NCBI RefSeq assembly: GCF_006345805.1
Contig: NC_043006.1
Location: 5,704,001-5,768,000, forward strand
Direction of reading: 5' to 3'
Length of the DNA: 64,000 nt
Source of the DNA: Octopus sinensis
Taxonomy: Eukaryota
Below are positions 25,955 through 39,005 of this stretch, piece after piece. Made by a program: the position numbers and the translations under genes. The number at the start of each line of letters is the position of its first letter. Position 1 is the stretch's first letter. A model generated the notes under the pieces. It searched no databases and was not told the origin of the DNA. It worked only from the letters and a program-made list of their open reading frames with translations.

Positions 25955-26652
25955 TCATCAATTAACGTCCGTTTTCCGTGCTAGCATGGGTTGGACGGTT
26001 CGACCGGGGTCTGGGAAGCCAGGAGGCTGCACCAGGCCCAGTCTGATCTGGCAGTGTTTCTACAGCTGGATGTCCTTCCTAATGCCAACAACTCCATGAG
26101 TGTAGTGGGTGCTTTTTATGTGCCAATGGCATGGACACCAGTCAAGCAGTGCTGGCATCTGCCACGTTCAGACGGTGCTCTTTACGTGCCACTAGCACAG
26201 GTATCACAACTACAATTTCCATTTGATATTTATTTTGATGTTGATGTGCTTGACTCAATAGGTCTCCTTAAGCACAACAGGTCATGTGCCTATGTTATTA
26301 ATAACTGTATACTGAAAGAGATGTTATAATATCAATCACTAAATGTATGTTGTAATGGCTATCACCATCATCATCATCGTTTAACGTCCGTTTTCCATGC
26401 TAGCATGGGTTGGACAGTTCAACTGGGATCTGGGGAGCATGTAGGCTGCGCCAGGCCCAGTCTGATCTGGCAGTGTTTCTACAGCTGGATGCCCTTCCTA
26501 ATGCCAACCACTCCGTAAGTGTAGTGAGTGCTTTTTACGTGCCACCAGCACAGGTGCCAGATGTGGCTGGAAAACGGCTACAATCGGATGGTGCTTTTTA
26601 CGTGCCACTGGCACGGAGGCCAGTCAGGGCGGTGCTGGCAACAGCCACGTTC
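25955..26652 (-). mobile_element. Two family 1 copies (25955-26285 and 26365-26652)
   Basis: The first shares the 5' extension seen at 13200-13287. Confidence 0.82.
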
Positions 26653-26854
26653 CATAGTAAATATGAAATATCCAAGAGTCAATGTTAATTTTTTAAGAGT
26701 ACTTTAGTGTAAAGTAGCAGACAGTTGTAGTAGCTAATGATATTAGATATATTTCCATCATGTCACAAACCATTTGGTGTGACTGTCAATTCTCTCTCTT
26801 TCGTATTCCTTCTCAATTTTAATAATGAGTTTCTTATACCTTATCTCTATTCTG

Positions 26855-27081
26855 TTAACCATTTTGTTGCCAACCCAGCTGAAACTGGCTCTGGTTCTGA
26901 GTACAAATGTCTTGTTTTCATAGGTTTTGAATTAAAATCTTTCACCAACCTTTGTCGCAATTTATGTTCCTAACACTAACTGAATGATAATTACGTTATT
27001 TTACTAAATTCTTTGTTATATTTAAAATAATTGAAAGAAACACAGAGCATCTCAAAATAAATGCAATAACGAAAGGGTTAA
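26855..27081. mobile_element. TTAA MITE; relatives at about 23637-24249, 45080-45301 and 45324-45670, with another TTAA-bounded element at about 22503-22722
   Basis: TTAACCATTTTGTTGC...ATAACGAAAGGGTTAA; shared internal TACAAATGTCTTGTTTTCATA and TTATTTTACTAAATTCTT. Confidence 0.7.
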
Positions 27082-27429
27082 AGAAATTAACAAGATTCTA
27101 ATTAGTCAAATTCTAAGTAATTTACTCTAATCAAGCATTAATCACTTAAGTGAACTGTAACTGTTATCCTTTAATCCTAAATCAACTCTGAGCTGACCTT
27201 TAATCAAATACCTTCCAGCTATGACCCTCCTGTCTTTAAACACTTCACAAAATACATTGTCTAGTATATCTTATGATTTATAAACTGGAAGGGTGTAATT
27301 AAGGAAGTTTGGCTGCTATTGTAATTAACTGCATTGAAATATCTCTCGTTAGCTCTATATTCCATAGTTATTAACATTGGTTTCATCTCACTGAAACCAC
27401 TTAAACCCAAGAATTATTTCTTTGTATAC

Positions 27430-27720
27430 CATTCGAGCGTGATCGTTACCAACGTCGCTTCACTGGCACCTGTGCTGGTAGCACGTGTAAAAAGATTCGA
27501 GCGAGATCATTGCCAGTACCGCCTGACTGGTCCCCGTGCTGGTGGCATGCAAAAAGCACCCACTACACTCTCGGAGTGGTTGGTGTTAGGAAGGGCATCC
27601 AGCTGTAGAAACTCTTCCAGATCAAATTGGAGCCTGGTGCAGCCATCTGGTTCGCCAGCCCTCAATCAAAATCGTCCAACCCATGCTAGCATGGAAAGCA
27701 GACGTTAAACGAACGAACGA
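27430..27720 (+). mobile_element. Family 1 copy with a (CGAA)n-type tail
   Basis: Conserved block ending GACGTTAAACGAACGAACGA. Confidence 0.82.
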
Positions 27721-27799
27721 TTTGTGATAGTGCTAGAAAGACTTAACTCCTCAAAGCAATAAAACTCCATATGATTTCTTCATTATTGTCTTCTCTGTT

Positions 27800-28160
27800 C
27801 TACCTCAATTCTTATCTGGTTTGATAGGTCTTCTGTAGTATTGTGCCTCATTGCTTAATTCTGGTCTTTCATCTCATTTGTGACATTCAGCCTCCTGAGA
27901 TCAGCCTTCACCACTTCCTCCCGTGACTTTCTTTGTCTTTTTCTTCTTCTGCAAGTTCCTCTCATTGCTTCACACCTCTTTACCGACTGGAAGAAGATAG
28001 TTCGGTAAAGGAGTGCCAAGTAATCCAAATGGATGGAACCTGCAGAAATAGAAGACATGGAAAGAAGTGGTCGTAGCTGATTTTAGGGGGTTCTTGAAGG
28101 AAATGGCAAAGGACTACAACAAAAAAATACCCAACTAGCCCATTCCCAAGTAAGGAAAAA
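27800..28160. mobile_element. Two divergent decayed RTE C-terminal fragments
   Basis: Minus: GTCRRRKRQRKSREEVVKADLRRLNVTNEMKDQ; plus from about 28030: DGTCR..KTWKEVVVADFRG. Confidence 0.55.
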
Positions 28161-28398
28161 AGAGAAAAAAACAAATGTAAAATCATCTGAAATGTAGGGT
28201 ACTCAGAGTATAAGGCACAATTATCAAGTTAACAGCGACTTTACTACACCGCTCTTATTTTTTTCTTTGAAATTTAGAATTGATAAAACTGTCACTCTTA
28301 CTTAACATTGAATAAATTAAAACTGAATTGAATTAAATTGCGGAGATGTACTTGCATAGCAAGTGACCTGATCTGAGATCGTGTGCTGGAACGAAAAT

Positions 28399-28675
28399 AA
28401 TTGCAGCATGGAAGGTATTTATAAGCCATTTACGAAACACACAAAAACCGTTAGATTCACTTCAACATTTAAATTTAATTTGTCAAAATATTTTCGTTGC
28501 TTTGAGACCATGACCTGTTCACTGACAAAACTTTGTGCACAAAGTTTTGTCAGTGAACAGGTCATGGTCTCAAAGCAACGAAAATATTTTGACAATTAAA
28601 TTTAAATTTTGAAGTGAATCTAACAGTTTTTGTGTGTTTCTTAAATAGCTTATAAACACCTTCCATGCTGCAATT
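28399..28675. repeat. Long palindrome, arms about 139 bp, no spacer
   Basis: Axis GTG|CAC at 28537/28538; few mismatches between arms. Confidence 0.92.
28547..28595 (+). ncRNA. Minimal hammerhead-like motif, G3-C8 core (mirror copy in the other palindrome arm)
   Basis: UUGUCA-GUGAACA-g-gucau ggucucaaa gcaac-GAAA-auau-UU-UGACAA; 6-bp stem I; stem II decayed. Confidence 0.45.
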
Positions 28676-28719
28676 GAATTAAATTGATAAAATGTTAAAG
28701 ACTGAAATTAAAATGTCTA

Positions 28720-29077
28720 TCTTTATATATAAAAGTAAGGTTGTGTGTCTGTCTCCTACGATTTAGATTCCTAACTACTCCCACTGTCTTATAGTCGTGA
28801 TTCATATCGAGCCCTTCTGGGTATTAGCGCGCATCTACGATGAGTCTGCGATTTTAAAAAAAAATTTACCATCATTTTTTTCCATTTTAATGCATTTTTT
28901 TCGCTATTATATAAGGGAAGTAACTCTCTAAAAATGTTTACGATGAGTCAACGATTTTTTAGAAAATTTACCATCATTTTTTATGCATTTTTTGCTATTT
29001 TTTGGCTATAACTCTCTAAAAATGCTTATATAGTTATTTCCCTTACAAACCCGAGCAACGCCGGGCGATACTGCTAG
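28720..29077 (+). mobile_element. Non-autonomous Helitron, subfamily B
   Basis: a|TCTTTATATAT...CCCGAGCAACGCCGGGCGATACTGCTAG|t. Confidence 0.82.
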
Positions 29078-30599
29078 TTTAGTATAAAAGTGAGATTGAA
29101 ATTAAAGCTGGAGTTTCAGATTCTGTTTTTATATATTTTACTGTTTTATCTTTGCTCTTAAATTTAAGTTTACAAAACTAATCTTTTTATAGTCTGAAAT
29201 TTCAAATTGCTAAAACAATCAAGACAATATAAAACAAAACAATGAAGACAAAAACATCATAATCTTAATAATAAACCTTTTGTCTTAAATTGGATGTCTT
29301 TCCTGTTTTGTTTAAGGACTAACCCTACGTCAAACAAGACTGCTTATACTTTTAAATCAAATGTAATACACTGCGTATTGCCAGTCAACACAGATGACTT
29401 AAAACACTCAAAACCCCAGAATCAATTAATTACCTTGTATTGAATGTTCAATGAATCCTCTTTAATTAGTTATGCCTTTATATAATCAACAGGTTACATT
29501 AATGAATCACTCAGCAGGACTGGTTTGAAAAACAAAAATAAAAAATACAAGAAATAGTGTTGTTGACTTTGATAAGTGCAGCTGATGATGATGCTGATGG
29601 TATAAAGTACCATTTGATTCTATTAAGGGGGAAAACTTTAGAAGGATTGGCTCACTTTATGTCAGTACAAACCAGTATCACTTCACTTGGCTGTTTCCTC
29701 TTGACCAAGATTAGATTTCATCCAGGATAGTTATACCACACTTCTTAGTATTCTAATGTTGAAGTTGGTAACTGTAGAAAATTGCTTCCCGGAATTCACA
29801 GCTTTCAGAAGGAGAGCTTTCTGTGTGGATGATTAAAAATGGCTCAATATTAAATTGAGTGAATTTTCAGGTGACTTTAATTGTAATGTGGTAGAGCAAC
29901 TTAGTTATAGTGATGTTACAAATCCCTTGCTCTAACTGTGTAGCACTTCTAATTCTAATGTAGAATATGTTTTTTAAACCTAATTAACTTTTGGAGGGGT
30001 TTGTCAGCCTACATTTGGACTTGTAGAGAAAATTAGGTTTTTGGTCCTTGAGTTGCTGGAGGGCATAAGGCAAGGCAGTCTGTGAGGTTTTCTATGTTAT
30101 GGCATTAGCTAATAAAGGAGAGATGGTAGCCATATCTTTGCAGGTAAAGAGGTGGATAGTTGTAGAAACAGGCACTGGTAAAAAAAAAAGAAAGATGGAT
30201 GTTGGTAATGAGTGACCTGAAGGAGAGGAAGTGGGAGGTAACAGTGTAAAAAAGGAGGAAATGTTGGGGATGGTACTGGTGATGGAGGGAGAGTAATGAA
30301 TGTCAAGAAAAGAGTGACACGAGGGAGAGGAAGTAATGGCAGGCAGCTGAGGAAGGTAAATGTAGAAGTGCATCAGATACCAAACTCTCTTTGCACAAGC
30401 AGCAAATTGAGAAAGGTGGAGGAGGAAGGAGTAGCAAGATTGAGGCAATTGAAGAAGATGTAAGGATTTAGTCTGGACAAATCATGGATGACATGGGACA
30501 TTGAATAGGAAGGATAACAGAGAAGAGAAAGAACTGAATAAGAAAGAGAGATATTAGATGGTGACCTAGCAGCCTCCATCACAGCCTACCCATTTTAAC

Positions 30600-31841
30600 A
30601 TATTTCTTTAGTACCCACAAGGGGCTAGAGACAGATGGGACAAACAAGGACAGACAAACGGATTAAGTCGATTACATCGACCCTACTGCGTAACTGGTAC
30701 TTAATTTATCAACCCCGAAAGGATGAAAAGCAAAGTCAACCTCGGCGGAATTTGAACTCAGAACGTAACGGCAGACGAAATACCTATTTCTTTACTACCC
30801 ACAACATCATCATCATCATTGTTCGACTGTGGTCATGACAATGGAATTTACCATGCTACGCCAGACTTCATGGTCCATCATGGGATTACGAAGGTCCTGT
30901 TGCTGGATGCCTGTATCCCTGGAGATTACATCAGGATAGGAGAGTGTGCGCCCTCTGGTATTGCGAGTAGATGGCTTCCAGAGGAGAAGAGTAGATATTA
31001 CCTCTTTTTCAGCTCTACAACAATGTCCAGCAAACTGGACTCTCCTACCTTTCACAAGAGATGACACAGGTGGTAGTTTCCCATATATTTGCATTTTGGT
31101 TGGATGGCGCTTCCATGAGAGATTTTGAGCTCTCATAAGGAGGCGAGTGTAGGTTCCATCCAACCGCCTCTCAAGCTTCTTTGATAACGTCCAGGTTTCT
31201 GAGCCATATAGTAGAATTGGTTCGACTGTGGCTTTGAAGATTTCAAGTTTGAAGTCTCTACTTAGATTTGATGACCAGATCTTATGCATGTCATTACAGG
31301 CTGACCAGGCCATACCCTTTCTAGTTAGAAAGTCTTTTCCAGATGATGATATGTATGACCCAAGATATTTGTAATCAGAAACCATATTTAAGGGCACATT
31401 GTTGAGAGTATGGATGATGCAATCACTGTTGGACTACCCACAAGGGGCTAAACACAGAGGCGACAAACAAGGACAGACAAACGGAATAAGTCGATTACAT
31501 CGACCCCAGTGCATAACTGGTCCCTAATTTATCGACCCCGAAAGGATGAAAGGCAAAGTCGACCTCGGTGGAATTTGAACTCAGAACGTAACGGCAGACG
31601 AAATACCTATTTCTTTTCTACCCACAAGGGGCTAAACACAGAGGCGACAAACAAGGACAGACAAACGGATTAAGTCGATTGCATCGACCCCAGTGCGTAA
31701 CTGGTACTTAATTTATCGACCCCGAAAGGATGAAAGGCAAAGTCGACCTTGGCGGAATTTGAACTCAGAACGTAACGGCAGACAAAATACGGCTACACAT
31801 TTCGCCTGATGTGCTAACAGTTCTGCCAGCTCGCCGCCTTA
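30600..31841 (-). mobile_element. Family 3 SINE with three tandem body units, interrupted by an RTE LINE
   Basis: Repeated units of about 184 bp; head near 31840. Confidence 0.85.
30805..31432 (-). mobile_element. 5'-truncated RTE-type LINE with (GAT)n tail and 11-bp TSD, nested in a SINE array
   Basis: Open 193-aa frame YKYLGS...LLYGSETWTL...FAGHCCR; TSD ACTACCCACAA at 30794-30804 and 31433-31443. Confidence 0.92.
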
Positions 31842-32129
31842 ACATATAGTCCATCAAACTTGCATGGATGGTGAGGTCTTCTTTAACTCTGTGTATTGCC
31901 AGTCAACACAGAGTTCTTTATCATCTCCATTGTGAGATGGTAAAACCTCTCTTTCTCTTACACATTAAGATGACCTTCTATACAGTTTCTGAGCACCAAT
32001 ACCTGCCAAAGGTGCCCTAAAATGGAAGGAGACTTACGATCATATGCATAGCTGTGTTATGTCCATGCCTACCTCTTATGAGAAGAAACACAGCTTTCCA
32101 GATAATTTGCTATTGTGAGTAAATAACAT

Positions 32130-32622
<493 letters not shown>

Positions 32623-33811
32623 CCTGTACATCTATCAATGAAGTATGTTCAGCTGGATAACAATCTCTAAAGTTTATCTAATTAGGATAACATAAACTTG
32701 TGTCGACAGATTCGCTCTACAGTGTAAATATTCTCTTTGATTGAGATTGCTGGAAGAATTTGGTTTAAATGTCTTCATGATATACTAGTTATATGTTTGT
32801 TAAAGTGGAGAAAATTATGAGATGCAAAGCTAGTTCTGTATAATTTAATGTTCTGTATTTTTTATTCTAATTCTATGAATTAACTTTCTTTCTTCACTCC
32901 TAAACTCAATGAAACTTTTTTTATTATTTCCCAGGTTATAAATCTCACCGTGTTTTTCTATTGATACAACTAAGTTCAGTTTGTATTATCTCCAATAAAG
33001 AGAGCTGCACCAAATGACCTCTGCAAAAACATTTACAATTAAAATTGCTATCTTAGGTTATTGCTTTTTTTTTTTTATTTATGGTAATTTCTAGCAAGTA
33101 CCAAAAATAAATATATAAAAAAAAGTAATAAAAATAAAACTAATTTCAAGAAAATCGAAATAAATCTCAGAAAATTAATTTACATACTTTGTGGGAAATT
33201 TGATGTTTGTTAACACACAAGTGACAGCTACATACCTGTTTGGATTTTGCTAGATCTCACCTGGGGAGCAGAGCAAAATGAAGCCGACTTCATCAGCTGA
33301 GTTTCTAAATATAGAGAAAGAGTTTGAATCAGTTCTGGCCAAAAGTTATTTGCATAGTTTAAAAAGCATGAAATGTAGTAAGGGAAATAGTACAAATGGG
33401 TCATGAGCTTGAATTTAAATAAGGACGATAGTACCGAATGATGGACACAAAAATATTCTCCATTTTCTTTTTATGAAAACTGTCAACTGATGAGATTTTT
33501 ATTTTTAATTGGAGCTCAATTATGAAAACCAATCAAATCACTGAGGCTAATAAATCAGACGAAATCTATACGAGTACAATAATTTAGTTAGTGTTAATAT
33601 ATTTAATTTAGTGAGCATTAGAAGGCTAATTAAACATATTTAAGTGGTAAGGAAATGAAATTAACTCAATGACTAATATTAATTTATTTCAACAACATGG
33701 ATACAATTTCCAGACATGTTTTACTCATATTTTACTTTTTTTGGCAAAAAGAACATTTCATCATGTGAGGGTGCATGACGTAGTTGTTAGGGTGTTGCAC
33801 TAACAATCATG

Positions 33812-34110
33812 TATGACTTAGTGGTTAGAGCAGCGGACTCGCGGTCGAGGGATTGCGGGTTTGAATCTCAGACCGGGCGATGTGTGTGTTTATGAGTGAA
33901 ACACCTAAGCTCCACGAGGCTCCAGCAGAAGGTAATGGCGAACTTCTGTTGACTCTTTCACCACAACTTTCTCTCACTCTTTCCTCCTGCATCTTGCAGC
34001 TCACCTGCAACAGGCTTGTGTCCCATCCAGGTGGGGAACCTACACGCCAAGGAAACCAGGAAACTGACCTTGATGAGCCAGGTGTGGCTTGAGAAGGAAC
34101 AAAAAAGCAA
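33812..34110 (+). mobile_element. Family 4-related SINE, nested in an older SINE
   Basis: AGTGGTTAGAGCAGCGGACTCGCGGTCG head; AAGCTCCACGAGGCTCC body. Confidence 0.72.
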
Positions 34111-34379
34111 CAAAAATTGTGAGATGACTTTAATTCCTAGATTGTGTGGTGCATTATATTCTTGAGCAAGACACTTCATTTCACATTGCTCTGTGATCAC
34201 ATTGATGCCCAACATGTGGCACACCATACATTTGTTCAGGCAACATCAATTTGATAGAGGCAGTGAGCTAATGTGCAGCACAAAAACTTGTTTTGCACAT
34301 TAGCACATGTACAGCACATATACGCAAATCATTTGTGCAGGATGTTTAGCAAGAAATTGCAGAAGGTGGTGAGAAATTG

Positions 34380-34800
34380 AAGGCGGCGAGGGGCTGGCAG
34401 AAATGTTAGCACGCTGGGCAAAATGATTGGCGGTATTTCATCTGCTATTACGTTCTGAGTTCAAATTCCGCCGAGGTCGACTTTGCCTGTCATCCTTTCG
34501 GGGTCGATAAATTAAATACCAGTTACGCGCTGGGGTCGATATAATCGACTTAATCCATTTGTCTGTCCTTGTTTGTCCTCTGTGTTTAGCCTCTTGTGGG
34601 TAGTAAAGAAATAGGTATTTCGTCTGCCGTTACGTTCTGAGTTCAAATTCCACCAAGGTTGACTTAGCCTGTAATCCTTTCGGGGTCGATAAATTAAGTA
34701 CCAGTTATGCACTGAGGTCGATGTAATCGAATTAATCCGTTTTTGTTTGTCCTTGTTTGTCCCCTCTGTGTTTAAGCCCCTTGTAGGTAATAAAGAAATA
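34380..34800 (+). mobile_element. Family 3 SINE, two units
   Basis: Flanking repeat AAGAAATTGCAGAA. Confidence 0.82.
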
Positions 34801-35270
34801 AGAAATTGCAGAACCATTTTCTTGGACTATAAGGGAGTTCCATCATCATCATCACACTGCATCATAAATAGCAAAATCAGTGATGAATCACTAAGAAAAT
34901 ATATAATGTCCTAATTAAGAAAGCATAATAAATCAAGCTTTAAAAATAACTGGTGTTAGTTAAGTCATTATTCTTATTTACCAACATGATTAAATTTAAT
35001 ATTTATCATTGAGCTAATTTTTCCCCCCTATGCCCCATAACATTTCTTAATTAGGCATTTAATGTTCTCTATCTTAATTAGATGTAAAGCATTGTCGTTA
35101 GTTATTTAAGCTCTTTAAATATAGCGGCAATCTTAGAAGTGGGACAATTTATATCAAGCAATTTTTGATGACTATTCTGAAAAACCATTTATTCTAAGAG
35201 TCATTTGAAGTATCAACAGTTTACTTTTGCTGACTTTTATAATTTATCTCTCTCTCTCTCTGTATGTATG

Positions 35271-35313
<43 letters not shown>

Positions 35314-35393
35314 AGAGTTTACAAAAAAGACGAAGACAGGTGGTGTACAAAACAAACAGATGTATTAGTATAACGCTCAGGAATAGAAAAAAT

Positions 35394-35429
35394 CTTTTAC
35401 GTTTCGAGCCTCCGCTCTTCTACAGAAAG
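35394..35429 (-). ncRNA. Minimal hammerhead-like motif (CUGUAGA variant) in a short element inside a (TA)n tract
   Basis: CUUU-CUGUAGA-a-GAGC ggag GCUC-GAAA-cg-UA-AAAG. Confidence 0.55.
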
Positions 35430-35501
35430 GGACACAGAAAAAACAAGGAGAGAAAAAAATGTGTTTAGTGGCTAACGATCTATCATGGCAGTCACACCAT
35501 G

Positions 35502-35532
<31 letters not shown>

Positions 35533-36246
35533 CACACACAAAAATTCTACAATGTTTACTTATAGAATACGTTTCCATTATTTCTCAGCTTAACCAAGAT
35601 AGTTACATATTGTTTTCATGCTTGATTCAGTAAAAATCTGTCTTAGATTGGAGCTTATGATGTATCCATGCACTTTTGGTTTCCACTGTTTGATTTATTG
35701 TTGCTTTTTCTCCCCTCTTTTTGGGGATGACCTGGAGTGCATCTGAGTACTGTACATGATAAACTCATTATCATAATGGTCGTTAGATTATTTGTATCAC
35801 TGGATACTTCATTGTGTCTTGTGTGTTTCTTAGCCTTTCATCCTTTCGGGGTCGATAAATTAAGAACCAGTTATGCACTGGGGTCGATGTAATCGACTTA
35901 ATCCCTTTGTCTGTCCTTGTTTGTCCCCTCTGTGTTTAGCCCCTTGTGGGCAATAAAGAAATAGGTTTTTAATTATCTTGGAAAAGATCTTTAGTTGACT
36001 CAACAGTAAAGACTTGGACCAACGTGCAACTGATACGCAAGAAGCATGAAGTAACTTTTATGACTAAATCTTAAACACAGAATGTAAATTTAAGAAATGA
36101 AACTGAGCAAAATTTGAGTGATACTCATTTCTGCATTCAAATCTGAACATGGCCAACTCTGACTAAATCACCTTTTGAAAGTTTTGAAACTAAAATGTGT
36201 CTTTCTCTTTTCTACCTAAAATATATTTTCTTCATATTTTCTGCAG

Positions 36247-36450
36247 GGAAACATTGATTTTGAAGTTAATGAAGAAGTCCTTGGCATATCTTCTAACTCC
36301 AACCTCTCTACAATTGCTTCTTTGTTGTCTATTAATGTTGAAGACTTAGAAACTACTTTGTGCTCACGTGTTGTGGCAGCCGGTGGGGATGTTGTGCGAA
36401 AAGAATTCACTATATCAGATGCATTCTATACACGTGATGCTCTGGCGAAG
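36247..36450 (+). CDS. MYO1D: MYO1D-like exon (204 nt) with TEDS loop and DALAK
   Basis: ctgcag|...AAG|gtaag; GNIDFEVNEEVLGISSNSNLSTIASLLSINVEDLETTLCSRVVAAGGDVVRKEFTISDAFYTRDALAK. Confidence 0.96.
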
Positions 36451-36602
36451 GTAAGTTGCTACTTTGCATGTAATTTATAACACTACAATCATAGATCGAC
36501 AAAAGCAAGTATTTTATTTATCCCAGGATGTTTTCTATAAAGTATCACACTGTAATAAACGATCAAGAATGTCAATATTTTATACAACACAAGATGTGAG
36601 AC

Positions 36603-36967
36603 ATCATCATCATCGTTTAACGTCTGCTTTCCATGCTAGCATGGGTTGGATGGTTCGACTGGGGTCTGGGAAGCCAGAACGCTGCACCAGGCTCCAGTCT
36701 GATCTGGCAGTGTTTCTACAGCTGGATGCCCTTCCTAACACCAACCACTCCGAGAGTGTAGGGGGTGATTTTTACATGCCACCAACACAAGTGCCAGGCG
36801 AGACTGGCAACGGCCACGATCGGTTGATGCTTTTTACGTGCCACCGGCATGGAGGCCAGTCGAGGCAGATGGTTCCTTTACGTGCCACCGGCACAGGTAT
36901 CACAAGTACAATTTCCATTGATTTTTGATCAAGTTCGATTTCACTTGCCTCAACAGATTTTTCTCAA
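36603..36967 (-). mobile_element. Family 1 copy
   Basis: Conserved block plus repeat units. Confidence 0.82.
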
Positions 36968-37327
36968 ATATATAAATAATATATATCTGTATATAAAGTC
37001 ACAATACATGTATTCAAGTAATCAGAGGGTACTCATAAAAAAAACCTCCTTAATGTATCATTCTACAAAACATAGAATATATAGCACAATACAAGAGAAA
37101 ACCCATGAGGAGTGGATAAAGTTAGAAATGATGAGAGAAATTGCATGTTGAAATTTATTTAACCTTTGGAAAATTCATGTCACAACAAATTATTTTGTAA
37201 CTTGAAGCATGCAAAAATAATTTGTCTTATATTTAAATATAATAAAATAGGTTATCTTTCCATGCTTTAAAATAAATTTCATTGTACTATTTTTCTTGTC
37301 ATAACTTTACACACACGCACACACACA

Positions 37328-38291
37328 TAGGGTGTCCCAAAAGTAGGTTTACAGTTATCACGTAGGCACTTTAAATTTCTTTGAAAACATTTTATTACAT
37401 CTAAATTTCCATCTTACAATCATATTATCTATCCACATCTCAAATAGGTAATATTTAATCTCTCATGCTCAAAATGTCCTTCAACATTGCAACATTTTTC
37501 AAACCTCTTCAGAACACACAGTGCAGCACAAATTCCGATCTCCATCAATTTCAGTGAATGTGTCAAAAATGTAATCTTTTAATTCATTTATTGTTTTGGG
37601 ATTCTCCTCATAAACCTTGTTCTTTACAACACCCCTAAAACAGAAATCCATTGGTGACAGGTTAGGTGAATATGGTGGCCATTCAATGCTACCTTGTTTT
37701 CCAAATCAACGCTGTGGAAAGGCTTCGTTAAGGTAGTCTCTTACTGACAATGCAGAAGAGCTTGACAAAATTAACTAAATTAGCATAGAACTAGCAGTAT
37801 CGCCCGGCGTTGCTCGGGTTTGTAAGGGAAATAACTATATAAGCATTTTTAGAGAGTTATAGCCAAAAGATAGCAAAAAAATGCATTAAAAATGGAAAAA
37901 AAAATGATGGTAAATTTTTTTTTTAATTGTTGACTCATCGTAGACATTTTCAGAGAGTTACTTCCCTTATATAATAGCGAAAAAAATGCATTAAAATGGA
38001 AAAAAATTATGGTAAATTTTTTTTTAAATCGTAGACTCATCGTAGACGCGTGCTAATACCCAGAAGGGCTCGATATGAATCACGACTATAAGATACCCGG
38101 TTTTGGTTAAACTGCACCGCAAAATGTGGGAGTAGTTAGGAATCTAAATCGTAGGAGACAGACACACAACTTCACTTTTATATATAAAGATAAGAGTTTC
38201 ACATTTTTTTACGATTAAGATTTAAACTGTTAATATATGAATGCGAAAGTGAAAGTTGAATAACTGCAAACCTACTTTTGGGCCACCCTGC
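37328..38291 (-). mobile_element. Internally deleted Tc1/mariner (maT-like) element with 30-bp TIRs and a nested Helitron
   Basis: TIRs AGGGTGTCCCAAAAGTAGGTTTACAGTTAT / ATAACTGCAAACCTACTTTTGGGCCACCCT; minus strand IEWPPYSPNLSPMDFCFRGVVKNKVYEENPKTINELKDYI. Confidence 0.85.
37791..38190 (-). mobile_element. Non-autonomous Helitron, subfamily B, nested in the mariner element
   Basis: Reverse-complement homolog of 28720-29077. Confidence 0.82.
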
Positions 38292-38352
38292 ATGTATGAT
38301 GTCCATACACACCCACACCAAATTCTTCCTCAATTCTGCCGTCCCATTGCAG

Positions 38353-38498
38353 GCCACATATGACCGGATGTTTACTTGGATTGTTGACCGGATCAATGAA
38401 GCTATTGATGTGAACGCTACCGGGTTTTCTTCCTCTGGAAAACAAACTGTCATTGGAGTACTTGATATATATGGCTTTGAGATTTTTGAAAATAATAG
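38353..38498 (+). CDS. MYO1D: MYO1D-like exon (146 nt) with switch II
   Basis: tgcag|...AG|gtggg; ATYDRMFTWIVDRINEAIDVNATGFSSSGKQTVIGVLDIYGFEIFENN(S); DIYGFE motif. Confidence 0.97.
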
Positions 38499-38611
38499 GT
38501 GGGTAATATTTTCGTGTTTGCTTGTTTGTTTTTTATATTTTATTATAACTTCTCATAAGTTTTATTTTTGATATTCATCCTTGAAATTTCAAAGGATTTT
38601 TATTACTAACT

Positions 38612-39005
38612 ATAACAGTATCGCCCAGCGTTGCTTGGGTTTGTTTCGACCCTTTAGAATTTGAATTTTTGAAAAGTAAAAATTTTGCATTATGTAACTT
38701 GTTATTCTCTTTAAGTGAACATTTTTCTGGTTGAAATACACTGAAAAATGGCGACACAGCAGTCAAAAAATCCTAAAAAATAGGGATTCCCATAGGAAAA
38801 TAAAGTACCTTTTTTGATGTAAATAATTTTTGGTGTTAACATGGTCCGATTTGAATTTTATCTTCTACGGAATGATGAGCAAGCCTTCTTCTATCATACT
38901 CTCAACTTTGGTCAATTTGTGCCGCAGGGTCTCGGAGGAGATAGTGTTAGTTAAAGGCTACCAAACCTGCCACACACAGACAACTTCGGCTTTATATATA
39001 TATAT
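38612..39005 (-). mobile_element. Non-autonomous Helitron, subfamily A
   Basis: Colinear with 12484-12877; ends decayed. Confidence 0.78.

Noticed and set aside
30092-30582. Ser/Pro-rich minus-strand ORFs
   Set aside because: They come from a low-complexity purine-rich tract with no recognisable domain or splice context.
33222-33301. Minus-strand CTGATGA...CAAAC...GTA as a hammerhead
   Set aside because: GAAA is absent, the stem II region is irregular and stem I is out of register.
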